The notes under the pieces: generated by a model
Told to the model about the DNA's origin: nothing
The model's input: only the letters and a program-made list of their open reading frames with translations
The model's database searches: none
Translations under genes and position numbers: made by a program
Part shown: positions 1 through 8,386 of the stretch, one piece after another
Numbering within the stretch: position 1 is the stretch's first letter
How the letters are laid out: the number at the start of each line of letters is the position of its first letter
NCBI GenBank assembly: GCA_963668675.2
Contig: CAXXMB010000002.1
Span: forward strand, 480,001-544,000
Direction of reading: 5' to 3'
Source of the DNA: an uncultured Desulfatitalea sp.
GTDB lineage: Bacteria; Desulfobacterota; Desulfobacteria; Desulfobacterales; Desulfosarcinaceae
DNA: 64,000 nt

Positions 1-782
1 GATGCCCCCTGGCTGGCGAAGGTCATCTCTTCGGCCGCCGCCGCAGCCGCCTCCTGCGCCTCAATAAAACCGGCGGCGACCATGCGGCCGAGCACCACCT
101 GTTGGCGGGCCTTGGCGCGCTCGAGATGCCTCAGCGGGTTGTACCGGACGGGCGACTTGGGCAGGCCGGCCAGCAGGGCTGCCTCGGCCACCGTCAATTG
201 GCCGGGGGTCTTCGCGAAAAAGGCCCTGGCCGCCGCCGCGACGCCCTGGGCGCGCGGGCCGAAATAGATCTGGTTGACGTAGGCTTCCAGGATGTCACGT
301 TTGCTGAACTGGGACTCGATCTGCAGGGCGACGAGCAGCTCCCTGAATTTGCGCCGATAGGTCTGTTCGAAACTGAAAAAGAGGTTTTTGGCCAGCTGCT
401 GGGTAATGGTCGACGCCCCCTGAACCCGTCCGCTGAAGAAGGTGCTCCAGAGCGCTTTGAAAAGCCTCACCTTATTGACGCCGTGGTGTTCCCAGAACAG
501 ATGATCCTCGGTGGCCAGGATCGCCTCCAGAAAGACGATCGACACCTGGTCCAGGGGCACGTAATCGTGGCCTCCGATCTGCAGCACCCGTTCGCCGTTG
601 GCCGCGTAGATCTCCGTGGGCGGCGTCTCAATGATGCGTCGCAGCGGCTCGGGCACGCTGGGCAGGTCGCGTACGCTCCAGAAAAAAATCAGGGCGCCGA
701 CCACCGCAGCAAAGCCGCTCACAGCCAGGCAAAGGGCCATGCAACCGGTCAACCAGCGGATCAGTCGCACCATCGGGGTCAT
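1..782 (-). CDS. Class A penicillin-binding protein (PBP1A family), N-terminal transglycosylase part; runs off the window edge
   Basis: Not in the ORF track; translated by hand from ATG at 782: MTPMVRLIRWLTG (TM segment)...ATEDHLFWEHHGV...GASTITQQLAKN...RKFRE...ILEAYVNQIYFG. These are GT51 motifs. ATGA overlap with the upstream gene's stop. Confidence 0.9.
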   Translation of the reverse strand, partial: MTPMVRLIRWLTGCMALCLAVSGFAAVVGALIFFWSVRDLPSVPEPLRRIIETPPTEIYAANGERVLQIGGHDYVPLDQVSIVFLEAILATEDHLFWEHHGVNKVRLFKALWSTFFSGRVQGASTITQQLAKNLFFSFEQTYRRKFRELLVALQIESQFSKRDILEAYVNQIYFGPRAQGVAAAARAFFAKTPGQLTVAEAALLAGLPKSPVRYNPLRHLERAKARQQVVLGRMVAAGFIEAQEAAAAAAEEMTFASQGA

Positions 783-1684
783 GGCTGCTCCTTCCGCATC
801 CATGGCCAAACGGTCGTGGCATTCTCTTCGAGCATGCGCTGTATCCGGCGCACCTCATCCCTGGCGCCCTGCATCAACACCACCCGGGGGCCGTCCAGTC
901 CGCTTACTTCGAATCCCAGGTCCACCGCATCTCCGATCATCCGCTCCGAGATACCGACACGCTCGATACGGCCTTCGACCCTCAACAGATCCTCTGGATG
1001 GGCCACGATGCGCGTACGCTCCTGTTCGGGCAGGCCGTCCAGCGCCTTAAAAAAACGCTCGGCCGGATAGATGCGGCCATTAAAGTCAGCCAATTGATCC
1101 AACCCGGTTCGAATGGCCACTTCACCGCGTTCGATATGGGCCAGCAAAATCTGATCGATGCTCAACCGATGGATCACCTGGTTGTTGGCATCGAGCATGT
1201 AGATCAGCAAACCGTTTCCCTGCCGTTCGAGAAAGGTGCGCTGCCACCGACCGTCGCTCTGGTGGGTCAATAGCGTAAAGGGTGATACGATTTCGTGAGA
1301 AAGGACCGGCGGCAGCTTCAAATAGAGCTCGATGAAGTGTTCGGACGAGATCATGGCCCCCTTGTCTTCTCCCAGATTGGAGACCAACTGCCCCAGTGAG
1401 ACCGCTTGGCGCACCTCGCGCTGCAGGTTTTGGCGCTGATCGGCATATTGGGCCAGTGCGGTGCGCGCCGAGTCGGCCTCGCGGCCCTTCTCCCAGATGG
1501 CGCCCGAGCGGGGACGGTAGGCATTGGTGGAGGTGAGATAGGCCCCCACCGCCTTTTCGATCCAGTCAAAACGAAATTCGGTGATCCCGGCAACGGCAAG
1601 GAGGCAGATCAGCACCACCGACCGCGGCACCAGCAGTCGCCTGCGCCAGATGTTCATGTCTGTCGGGGCATACCAGGGGATCAT
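779..1684 (-). CDS. Hypothetical protein with N-terminal membrane anchor
   Basis: 301-aa ORF with hydrophobic segment VVLICLLAVAGI; translationally coupled to the PBP gene. Confidence 0.75.
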   Translation of the reverse strand: MIPWYAPTDMNIWRRRLLVPRSVVLICLLAVAGITEFRFDWIEKAVGAYLTSTNAYRPRSGAIWEKGREADSARTALAQYADQRQNLQREVRQAVSLGQLVSNLGEDKGAMISSEHFIELYLKLPPVLSHEIVSPFTLLTHQSDGRWQRTFLERQGNGLLIYMLDANNQVIHRLSIDQILLAHIERGEVAIRTGLDQLADFNGRIYPAERFFKALDGLPEQERTRIVAHPEDLLRVEGRIERVGISERMIGDAVDLGFEVSGLDGPRVVLMQGARDEVRRIQRMLEENATTVWPWMRKEQP

Positions 1685-1929
1685 TTGGAAGAGGTATCAA
1701 TCCATTTAAGAGAAGGTGTTGTTTGGACCTCACGCACGCTCGGGCGTCAACGCCCTTTCCATGCACTGTTTGCCGGAATAGGAATTCGGACCGGGTTCCG
1801 CTTAATTGGTACCGATATAGTCCAAATTGAAAGGAAGGTCAAAATGTACTTGAGGAGAGAGTGGCGAACGCACCTCTATTTCAATAGGGCAAAACGCCGA
1901 CGCCGCTTTCGAAAGGGGTACTTCGCAAA

Positions 1930-3528
1930 CTACACTTCAGAGAGGGTCTCCACCTCATCGGCAAGGACGTTTGTCAATTCGCCCGACTCGTAAAGCTCCC
2001 GGAACACTTCTATAATACGGGGGTCGAACTGGGTGCCGGCCCCTCCGTACATGATCTCCAGGATCTTATCTTCGGACATCCGTGCACGGTAGGCGCGATC
2101 CGAGGCGATGGCATCATAGACGTCGGCCACGCTGAGAATCCGTCCGAGCAGGGGAATCTCTTCGCCGCTCAATCGATCCGGATAACCTTTGCCGTCATAG
2201 CGCTCATGGTGGCAGCGAACGATCTGCTTTTCACGGTTCCAGAGGCCGAGATGGCTCATGATCTCATACCCGATGACCGGGTGCTGCTGGATGATGCGAT
2301 ACTCCTCCTGGTCCAGCCGTCCCGGCTTGAGCAGGATATCGTCGCGGATGCCGATCTTTCCGATATCGTGCAGCAATCCTGCGACATTGAGGATCTCCCG
2401 CTCTTCATCGGTACACCCCATGGCCTGGGCGAGCGTAACCGCAATCAGGGTAACGCGACTGGAGTGCTGCTTGGTATAGGGATCGCGAGCCTCTATGGCC
2501 TTTACGAAGGCGTAGAGCGTGGAGAGCAGGTTGTTGTAGATGTTCTCGTACAGGGCCAGGTTCTCAATGCCAGTGGACGCTTTTTTGGACATAAAGTCCA
2601 GATAAAAAAGGGCTTTTTCGTCGAAACGATGGTTTCCCTGATAGATGCTGGCCATCAACACCCCCAGCACCTTGGAGCGAATCTTCAAGGGCGCCAGCAT
2701 GAAGGAGAGTACCTCCCCGGGCAACCGGTCGCAACTGCTGCCGTTGGCAACGATCAGTGGATGGTCGTCCTTGATCACCTCGTTGATCAGATCGTAGATT
2801 TTGGGATCGCTTGGCGATAGCAACTGACCGAAACCGGCCATCTGGGCATTGATGACGTCGGTGGTGTTGGCCTTCTTGGTCCAAGGTGCCCCGGCGGCGG
2901 CGATAGGCAGCGGCTCACTGGACTGTTCGTTGACCAGGTAGAAACAGGAGGCATCCGCCTGGACAATATCGACCGCCATGTCCACCAACTGCCGGAACAC
3001 GTCCGTGCTCTCCCGCATGGCTGAAAAGTCGGTCAAAATGCGATTCAGGATGTTGAGCTCTTCGATTTTGTAGAGCAGCTCGGCGTTGAGCTTCTCTATC
3101 CTGGCCTTGCCCGCCACCTCTTTCTGCAGCATGACGTTCTCGATAAACAGCTGACGCTCGCGTAAAACGCGCTGCACACACAGTTCCATCTGGTGCAAAT
3201 TGACAGGCTTGACCAAAAAATCTACCACTCCGTTCTTCAATGTCTGGATGGTGTTATCCAGGGAGGGGTAGCCGGTCATGACGATGACCGGGATGGTGTT
3301 GTCATACTTGCGGATGTGCTCCGCGAGCGCCAATCCATCCATCTCCGGCATGTTGATATCGGTGAAGCAGCAATCGACACGCGTTTCAGAGAGCAGATCG
3401 ACCGCCTCTTTGCCGTTGCTGGCAGTGAGCACATCATATCCGCGCGATGTGAAATAGGTATGCGCGATGTCTATGATGCTCTCTTCGTCATCTACAAAAA
3501 GGATGGTCTCTTTTTGATCGGTATCCAT
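1930..3528 (-). CDS. Response regulator REC-GAF-HD-GYP (cyclic di-GMP phosphodiesterase)
   Basis: REC (FVDDE, TDINMPEMDG, KP), GAF-like middle region, HDIGK and HHERYDGKGYP motifs. Confidence 0.92.
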   Translation of the reverse strand: MDTDQKETILFVDDEESIIDIAHTYFTSRGYDVLTASNGKEAVDLLSETRVDCCFTDINMPEMDGLALAEHIRKYDNTIPVIVMTGYPSLDNTIQTLKNGVVDFLVKPVNLHQMELCVQRVLRERQLFIENVMLQKEVAGKARIEKLNAELLYKIEELNILNRILTDFSAMRESTDVFRQLVDMAVDIVQADASCFYLVNEQSSEPLPIAAAGAPWTKKANTTDVINAQMAGFGQLLSPSDPKIYDLINEVIKDDHPLIVANGSSCDRLPGEVLSFMLAPLKIRSKVLGVLMASIYQGNHRFDEKALFYLDFMSKKASTGIENLALYENIYNNLLSTLYAFVKAIEARDPYTKQHSSRVTLIAVTLAQAMGCTDEEREILNVAGLLHDIGKIGIRDDILLKPGRLDQEEYRIIQQHPVIGYEIMSHLGLWNREKQIVRCHHERYDGKGYPDRLSGEEIPLLGRILSVADVYDAIASDRAYRARMSEDKILEIMYGGAGTQFDPRIIEVFRELYESGELTNVLADEVETLSEV

Positions 3529-3641
3529 GCGGAATTCCAGTAGTCCATCAAGTATTTAATATTGTATTATATTTCCGCTGCACTGCGATTGCCCTGGCAT
3601 TCGGTGAAACGCTGCCATAGTGCAACTGTTTTCAAGCATTT

Positions 3642-3668
3642 GTATCGGCCTGTTTCAGCAGAACTTAA
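3642..3668 (-). promoter_or_regulatory. Sigma-28 (FliA)-type promoter for the HD-GYP gene
   Basis: Minus strand reads TTAA-N15-GCCGATAC versus consensus TAAA-N15-GCCGATAA. Confidence 0.6.
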
Positions 3669-3709
3669 TCTAAATTTCGTTTGGTGGGGTTGAGGCGGGA
3701 TCGCTCATC

Positions 3710-4609
3710 TCAAGCGTCCCCATAGAGTCGATAAAGCTTACCTGGAAGGCCATGGCCGAACATCTCGCTGAGACGCCGGCTCCAGCGGGCAATTGGGGGG
3801 ATGGAGACACCGGTTTCGAGGTCCAGAACACGCATGAGGTGAAGGGTGTCTTCGGTGGCGATGTTTCCCGACGCCCCTTTGATAAACGGGCACCCCCCCA
3901 AGCCTCCCAGGGAGGTGTCGAAGTGGGAGATCCCCAACTGCAAGGCAGCCATGACGTTGACCAGGCCGAGACCATGGGTATCGTGAAGATGCAGTCCGAC
4001 AGGAACCTCGCCGGCCACCGGCAAAATCGCCTCCAGAACCCTGGCCACCGTCGACGGGGTGGCCAGACCGGAGGTGTCGGCCAGCACCAGGCGGTCAACC
4101 CCCTCTGCGATAAAGATGGTCGCCGTTTGTACCAGTGCTTCGACAGGTGTCTCCATCTCTACGGAACAGCCAAACGTACATTGAAGGCTGCCACGGATAT
4201 GCCGGCCGGCCTGTTTTCCCGCTGCAATCATGCGCACCGCTTCCTGGCGGGCGCGCGCCACCGACATGCCCGAATTTTCCAGACAGTGGGTCTCACTGAC
4301 CGATATGGAGGTCTCGATCCATGCAATGGCGGTGTGGCAGGCCCTTTCGACCCCTTTGAGGTTGAGCGTCAGGGCACTGTATTCGACACTGCCCGACGGG
4401 GGCAGCCGTTCGATCAGCCCCTCGGCATCGGCCATTTGGGGTACACGGGCATCGTGAACGAATGAGGCCACCTGTATGGCGGGCAGGCCCGCATCGACCA
4501 ATCCTGAGATCAGATCCAGCCGCTGGTCGATGGAGAGCACCCTGTCCTCCATCTGGAGGCCGTCGCGCGGCCCGACCTCGGTGATGTGAATGCGGTTGGG
4601 AAGATTCAT
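3710..4609 (-). CDS. Hydroxymethylglutaryl-CoA lyase
   Basis: EVGPRDGLQ, HLHDTHG and GLGGCPF motifs. Confidence 0.92.
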   Translation of the reverse strand: MNLPNRIHITEVGPRDGLQMEDRVLSIDQRLDLISGLVDAGLPAIQVASFVHDARVPQMADAEGLIERLPPSGSVEYSALTLNLKGVERACHTAIAWIETSISVSETHCLENSGMSVARARQEAVRMIAAGKQAGRHIRGSLQCTFGCSVEMETPVEALVQTATIFIAEGVDRLVLADTSGLATPSTVARVLEAILPVAGEVPVGLHLHDTHGLGLVNVMAALQLGISHFDTSLGGLGGCPFIKGASGNIATEDTLHLMRVLDLETGVSIPPIARWSRRLSEMFGHGLPGKLYRLYGDA

Positions 4610-4616
4610 GGCAATT

Positions 4617-4658
4617 AGTTTAGAGTGGAAAGTGGAAAGTGGAAAGCGGAAAGTGAAG
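4617..4658. repeat. Tandem heptamer repeat (AGTGGAA x3 plus degenerate copies)
   Basis: agtttag agtggaa agtggaa agtggaa agcggaa agtgaag. Confidence 0.85.
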
Positions 4659-4821
4659 GAATGGTTTCGATTATAATTGATTTCAATAAGAGCCGTCTCT
4701 TTGCTTCATTCGACAGGCGGGTTGGAAACAAAATGCTTGACGCTCCCGGCGGTAGCCGATATTTGATTCCGTTTGGAATGCGTAGGAATCTCTGGCTATG
4801 GACCCGATGTACTGTTTGTAG

Positions 4822-6120
4822 GTGATGCTTTTGTCTGACCAACCCATGGAATGTGACGGCGTTCAAGACCAAAACCGGCCGCTTCGTATCTGCCTTTTGA
4901 GCTACCGTGGCAACCCCCACTGCGGGGGCCAGGGCGTCTATATCCGCCATTTGAGCCATGCACTGTGTCAATTGGGGCATCATGTGGACGTGCTGGCCGG
5001 CCAGCCTTACCCGCAACTGGACAATGGTGCCCGGCTCCATCACTTGCCCAGCCTGGACCTATACAATCCCGAGGCCCTGTTTCGCACACCGACGATTCGT
5101 GAGTTGTGCAACCCCATCAACATGCTCGAATGGGTCGGCATCTCCACCATGGGTTTTACCGAACCCCTCTCCTTCGGATTGCGCGCTTATCAGAAGCTCA
5201 GGGCCCATAACGGCTATGACATTCTGCACGACAATCAGAGCCTCTCTTACGGTCTGTGGGCGCTGGCGCGCAACGTGCCCACCATCGCCACCATCCACCA
5301 TCCGATCACCGTGGATCGGGATCTGGCGATCCGGGCCGAAACCGATCTCTGGAGAAAAGCCAAGCATATCAGATGGTACAGCTTCATCGGCATGCAAAAA
5401 AGGGTGGCGCCCAGCCTCAAACGCATCATCACCGTCTCGGCCCACGCACGCGATGATATCAGCCGCGAATTTCGCATTCCCGCCAGCCGTTTCAGCATCG
5501 TGCCCAACGGCATCGACACGGACCGCTTCTATCCCCTGCCCGATATCGAACGGGAGCCCTGCCGGCTGATCGTCACCAACAGCTCAGACATCGCTTTGAA
5601 AGGGCTGCATGTGCTGCTGCGCGCCATCGCTGAACTGGTGCCGATCCTGCCGAAGATAAAACTGGTCGTGGTGGGGATGCCGAAGAAGAAGAGCCCCATC
5701 TACAAATTGATTTCTGAATTGAATCTGGGCCGACGCGTCCACTTCACCGGCCGCATCGATCAGGAGGAATTCATTCGACAATATGCCCGCGCCTGGGCAG
5801 CGGTGGTCCCCTCCCTCTACGAAGGGTTCGGGCTGCCTGCCGGGGAAGCCATGGCCTGCGGTGTGCCGGTCATCAGCACCACCGGCGGCGCCCTGCCCGA
5901 AGTGGTGGGTGACGCCGGCCTCCTGGTTCCCCCAGGTCAATATAGTGCTCTGGCCGATGCCATTGCCGAGGTGTGCAACCATCCCCAACTTGCAGCCACA
6001 CTGGGTCAGGCCGGGTACGACCGTGTCATGACCCACTTTACATGGAGAGCGGCCGCGGAAAAGACCGTCGCCGCCTATCGCCGGACCATCGATGATTACC
6101 GTAGACTTTCAATGCATTGA
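4822..6120 (+). CDS. Glycosyltransferase family 4 (GT-B fold)
   Basis: GGQGVY, PNGID and PSLYEGFGLPAGEAMACG (EX7E) motifs; exact start uncertain. Confidence 0.9.
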   Translation: MMLLSDQPMECDGVQDQNRPLRICLLSYRGNPHCGGQGVYIRHLSHALCQLGHHVDVLAGQPYPQLDNGARLHHLPSLDLYNPEALFRTPTIRELCNPINMLEWVGISTMGFTEPLSFGLRAYQKLRAHNGYDILHDNQSLSYGLWALARNVPTIATIHHPITVDRDLAIRAETDLWRKAKHIRWYSFIGMQKRVAPSLKRIITVSAHARDDISREFRIPASRFSIVPNGIDTDRFYPLPDIEREPCRLIVTNSSDIALKGLHVLLRAIAELVPILPKIKLVVVGMPKKKSPIYKLISELNLGRRVHFTGRIDQEEFIRQYARAWAAVVPSLYEGFGLPAGEAMACGVPVISTTGGALPEVVGDAGLLVPPGQYSALADAIAEVCNHPQLAATLGQAGYDRVMTHFTWRAAAEKTVAAYRRTIDDYRRLSMH

Positions 6121-6805
6121 CATCCCCTCCGGCAGTCGTGTTCTGGATATCGGCTGCGGCTCGGGCCGGCACGTTGCGGCCGCCTACACCCTGGAACGCG
6201 CCACTGTGGTCGGGGCCGACGCCAACGTCGAAGACCTGAAGGCCGCCCGGGAACGGCTCCATTTTCACGACTACCTGGGCGAACACGGCCAGGGCCGCTG
6301 GCTGCTCAGTGCCGCCGACATCACCCGGTTGCCTTTCGATGATGGCGCCTTCGATCTGGTGATCTGTTCCGAGGTGCTCGAGCATATCCCCGACCACCAC
6401 CGCGCCATGGTTGAAATCGTACGCGTACTGAAACCGGGCCACCCACTGGTGGTCAGCGTACCGAGACGTTGGCCGGAGCGCATTTGCTGGTCCCTCTCCA
6501 GGGAGTACCGCCACATGCCTGGCGGCCACGTGCGTATCTATGACGCCCGCGAACTGGTTCAAAAAATCGAAGCGTTAGGCCTCAGCCATTGGCGCACCCA
6601 TTTCGCCCATGGCCTTCACAGTCCCTATTGGTGGCTGAAGTGCCTTCTGGGGTTGGAAAACACCCAACGCCTGCCTGTCAAGCTCTACAACCGTTTCCTA
6701 ACATGGGACATCATGGACCGGCCGCGCCTGACCAGAACACTGGAACGCTGGCTCAACCCCCTGGTCGGGAAAAGCGTGGTGCTCTATTTCCACAAAGCCG
6801 GCTAA
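6092..6805 (+). CDS. Class I SAM-dependent methyltransferase
   Basis: VLDIGCGSG, LPFDDGAFDLV, EVLEH and RVLKPG motifs; overlaps the end of the GT4 gene. Confidence 0.9.
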   Translation: MITVDFQCIDIPSGSRVLDIGCGSGRHVAAAYTLERATVVGADANVEDLKAARERLHFHDYLGEHGQGRWLLSAADITRLPFDDGAFDLVICSEVLEHIPDHHRAMVEIVRVLKPGHPLVVSVPRRWPERICWSLSREYRHMPGGHVRIYDARELVQKIEALGLSHWRTHFAHGLHSPYWWLKCLLGLENTQRLPVKLYNRFLTWDIMDRPRLTRTLERWLNPLVGKSVVLYFHKAG

Positions 6806-6922
6806 TCGCCCCTATCCCGATCTTTTTAGCAAAAAATCAAAAGCGGCTATCTGAAATGCGAAAGCATAGAGAATGCAGATAGGAGTCGCCGGCATCTATG
6901 CATTAATGATCCAACGGACAGG

Positions 6923-6944
6923 TCCCCCATTGAAAAAGAGGGGA
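6923..6944. repeat. Short palindromic repeat (CCCCC-TTGAAAAAG-GGGG type), copy 1
   Basis: tcccccattgaaaaagagggga; near-identical to 59290-59310. Confidence 0.5.
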
Positions 6945-6989
6945 GCCGTCTCCCTGAATAAATCATTCCCCCGACAAACAAGATATCTC

Positions 6990-7016
6990 TAAAGTTTAAC
7001 ACCGAACAGCCGATAT
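6990..7016 (+). promoter_or_regulatory. Sigma-28 (FliA)-type promoter
   Basis: TAAA-gtttaacaccgaaca (15 nt)-GCCGATAT, about 100 bp upstream of the ORF at 7116. Confidence 0.75.
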
Positions 7017-7115
7017 TAACCTCGATTCTTAAATTATAGATCGCAAATGGTCCTTTTGGTGGAAAGCTGCGCGGTAGAAATCACCAATTGAGCCGCACAG
7101 AGACTAACTTTCAAA

Positions 7116-7529
7116 ATGGATATCCCCATGCAGATCATCATCTATGCATCCCCCTTCAACACTGTATCACGGAGTCTCATCGACATCCTCCGTGGAATCG
7201 GGGATGAAAAAGAGCACGAATATCACCACACCCTCGACGCCCTTGCCGCCCGGCTGCGCCACCCTAGAGTCCGTTTCAATTCACTGCTCATTCTGTGCCC
7301 GGCGAATGGCTATGAATTGACCCAGCTGACATCCATCGGCCATCTGTTCAGGGATATCCGCGTCATCGTCCTGCTGCCGGATGGAGAGGGCAAGACCATC
7401 TCGGAAGGTCACATGTTACGACCCCGCTATGTGGGCTATGCAGATGGCGATCTCAATGATTTGGCGGCAGTTGTGAGGAAAATGGCCGATCCGGAGCCGG
7501 TGTCCGCCGGTTCAATGGCCCACGCCTGA
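7116..7529 (+). CDS. Hypothetical protein, possibly a degenerate receiver-like domain
   Basis: 137 aa with alternating beta/alpha pattern; no DD or phospho-Asp motif; preceded by a sigma-28-type promoter. Confidence 0.6.
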   Translation: MDIPMQIIIYASPFNTVSRSLIDILRGIGDEKEHEYHHTLDALAARLRHPRVRFNSLLILCPANGYELTQLTSIGHLFRDIRVIVLLPDGEGKTISEGHMLRPRYVGYADGDLNDLAAVVRKMADPEPVSAGSMAHA

Positions 7530-7549
7530 TGTAGGACCCACCATGACGT

Positions 7550-8164
7550 CTATTTGCGCTGGAGCACCCCCAGCGTGCCTGTTCTGGGAAGCTCATGAAA
7601 TTGACCTGTCTCGATAGCCGCCCGGTAAACCTGGTAGGGGGCCTGCCCCCCTTGGGCAGGATCCTCAAACAGATCGTGAATAAGCAGATATCCCCCAGTC
7701 ATGATATGCCGTGACCATCCGTCGTAATCGCGTTGAACGGTCTCGAGAGCATGGCCGCCATCGATAAAAAGCAGCGCCAAAGGGGTGGCCCAGGATCGGG
7801 CAGCCACCGAGGATGGTGCCACGATGGGAATGACGCTCTCTTCGAAATCTGCCAGTTCGAGTGTCCGCCTGAACAGAGAGAAGGTGTCGATACGGTAAGC
7901 GCGCACATCGAACAGGGCTGCATCAAAATAGGTCTCCCCGGGTTGCTGCTCCTCGGATCCGCGATGGTGGTCGATGGAAAAGAGCACCTGGCCGGCCTCC
8001 TTGCAGGCTTGTCCAAGATAGAGGGCCGATTTGCCACAATAGCTGCCAATCTCCAGGCAAGGCCCCATCTCAGCAGCCAGGGTCGCCATTTGGTAGAGGC
8101 GCTGGCCCTCGTCGGGGTCAAGAAATCCCTTTACCTGTTCAGCCAGTTCAAAAATATGATTCAT
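7550..8164 (-). CDS. Class I SAM-dependent methyltransferase (Methyltransf_24-like)
   Basis: LEIGSYCGKS, DHHRGSEE and LFIDGGH motifs. Confidence 0.88.
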   Translation of the reverse strand: MNHIFELAEQVKGFLDPDEGQRLYQMATLAAEMGPCLEIGSYCGKSALYLGQACKEAGQVLFSIDHHRGSEEQQPGETYFDAALFDVRAYRIDTFSLFRRTLELADFEESVIPIVAPSSVAARSWATPLALLFIDGGHALETVQRDYDGWSRHIMTGGYLLIHDLFEDPAQGGQAPYQVYRAAIETGQFHELPRTGTLGVLQRK

Positions 8165-8386
8165 GACACCGGATGCCTTCGGTTAGAGGTGTAAAGCGCT
8201 GAAACCGAGCCGGTTTTTACACAGTTTCTTCCGACTTGCAAGCGAGGCGGTGGTCCAGTATGCTGAAATTAGTGTGGTCAACAGCACCCAAGGCATCCAT
8301 GGTGCCGGGTCCACTTCTGTATTTTGATCAACTTGGCGCAGATCCCAGCTCTATGACACCGTATAACCGAACGAAAGAGTGACCAG

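Noticed and set aside
102..1070. 322-aa plus-strand ORF
   Set aside because: Antisense to the PBP transglycosylase, which the ORF track missed because it runs off the window edge.
1887..1930. GGCAAA...GAAA...CGCAAA resembling a c-di-GMP-I riboswitch
   Set aside because: Poor stem pairing, wrong strand relative to the flanking genes, and no second hairpin.
4617..4658. Short repeats considered as a CRISPR array
   Set aside because: 7-bp units with no spacers, and no cas genes in the window.
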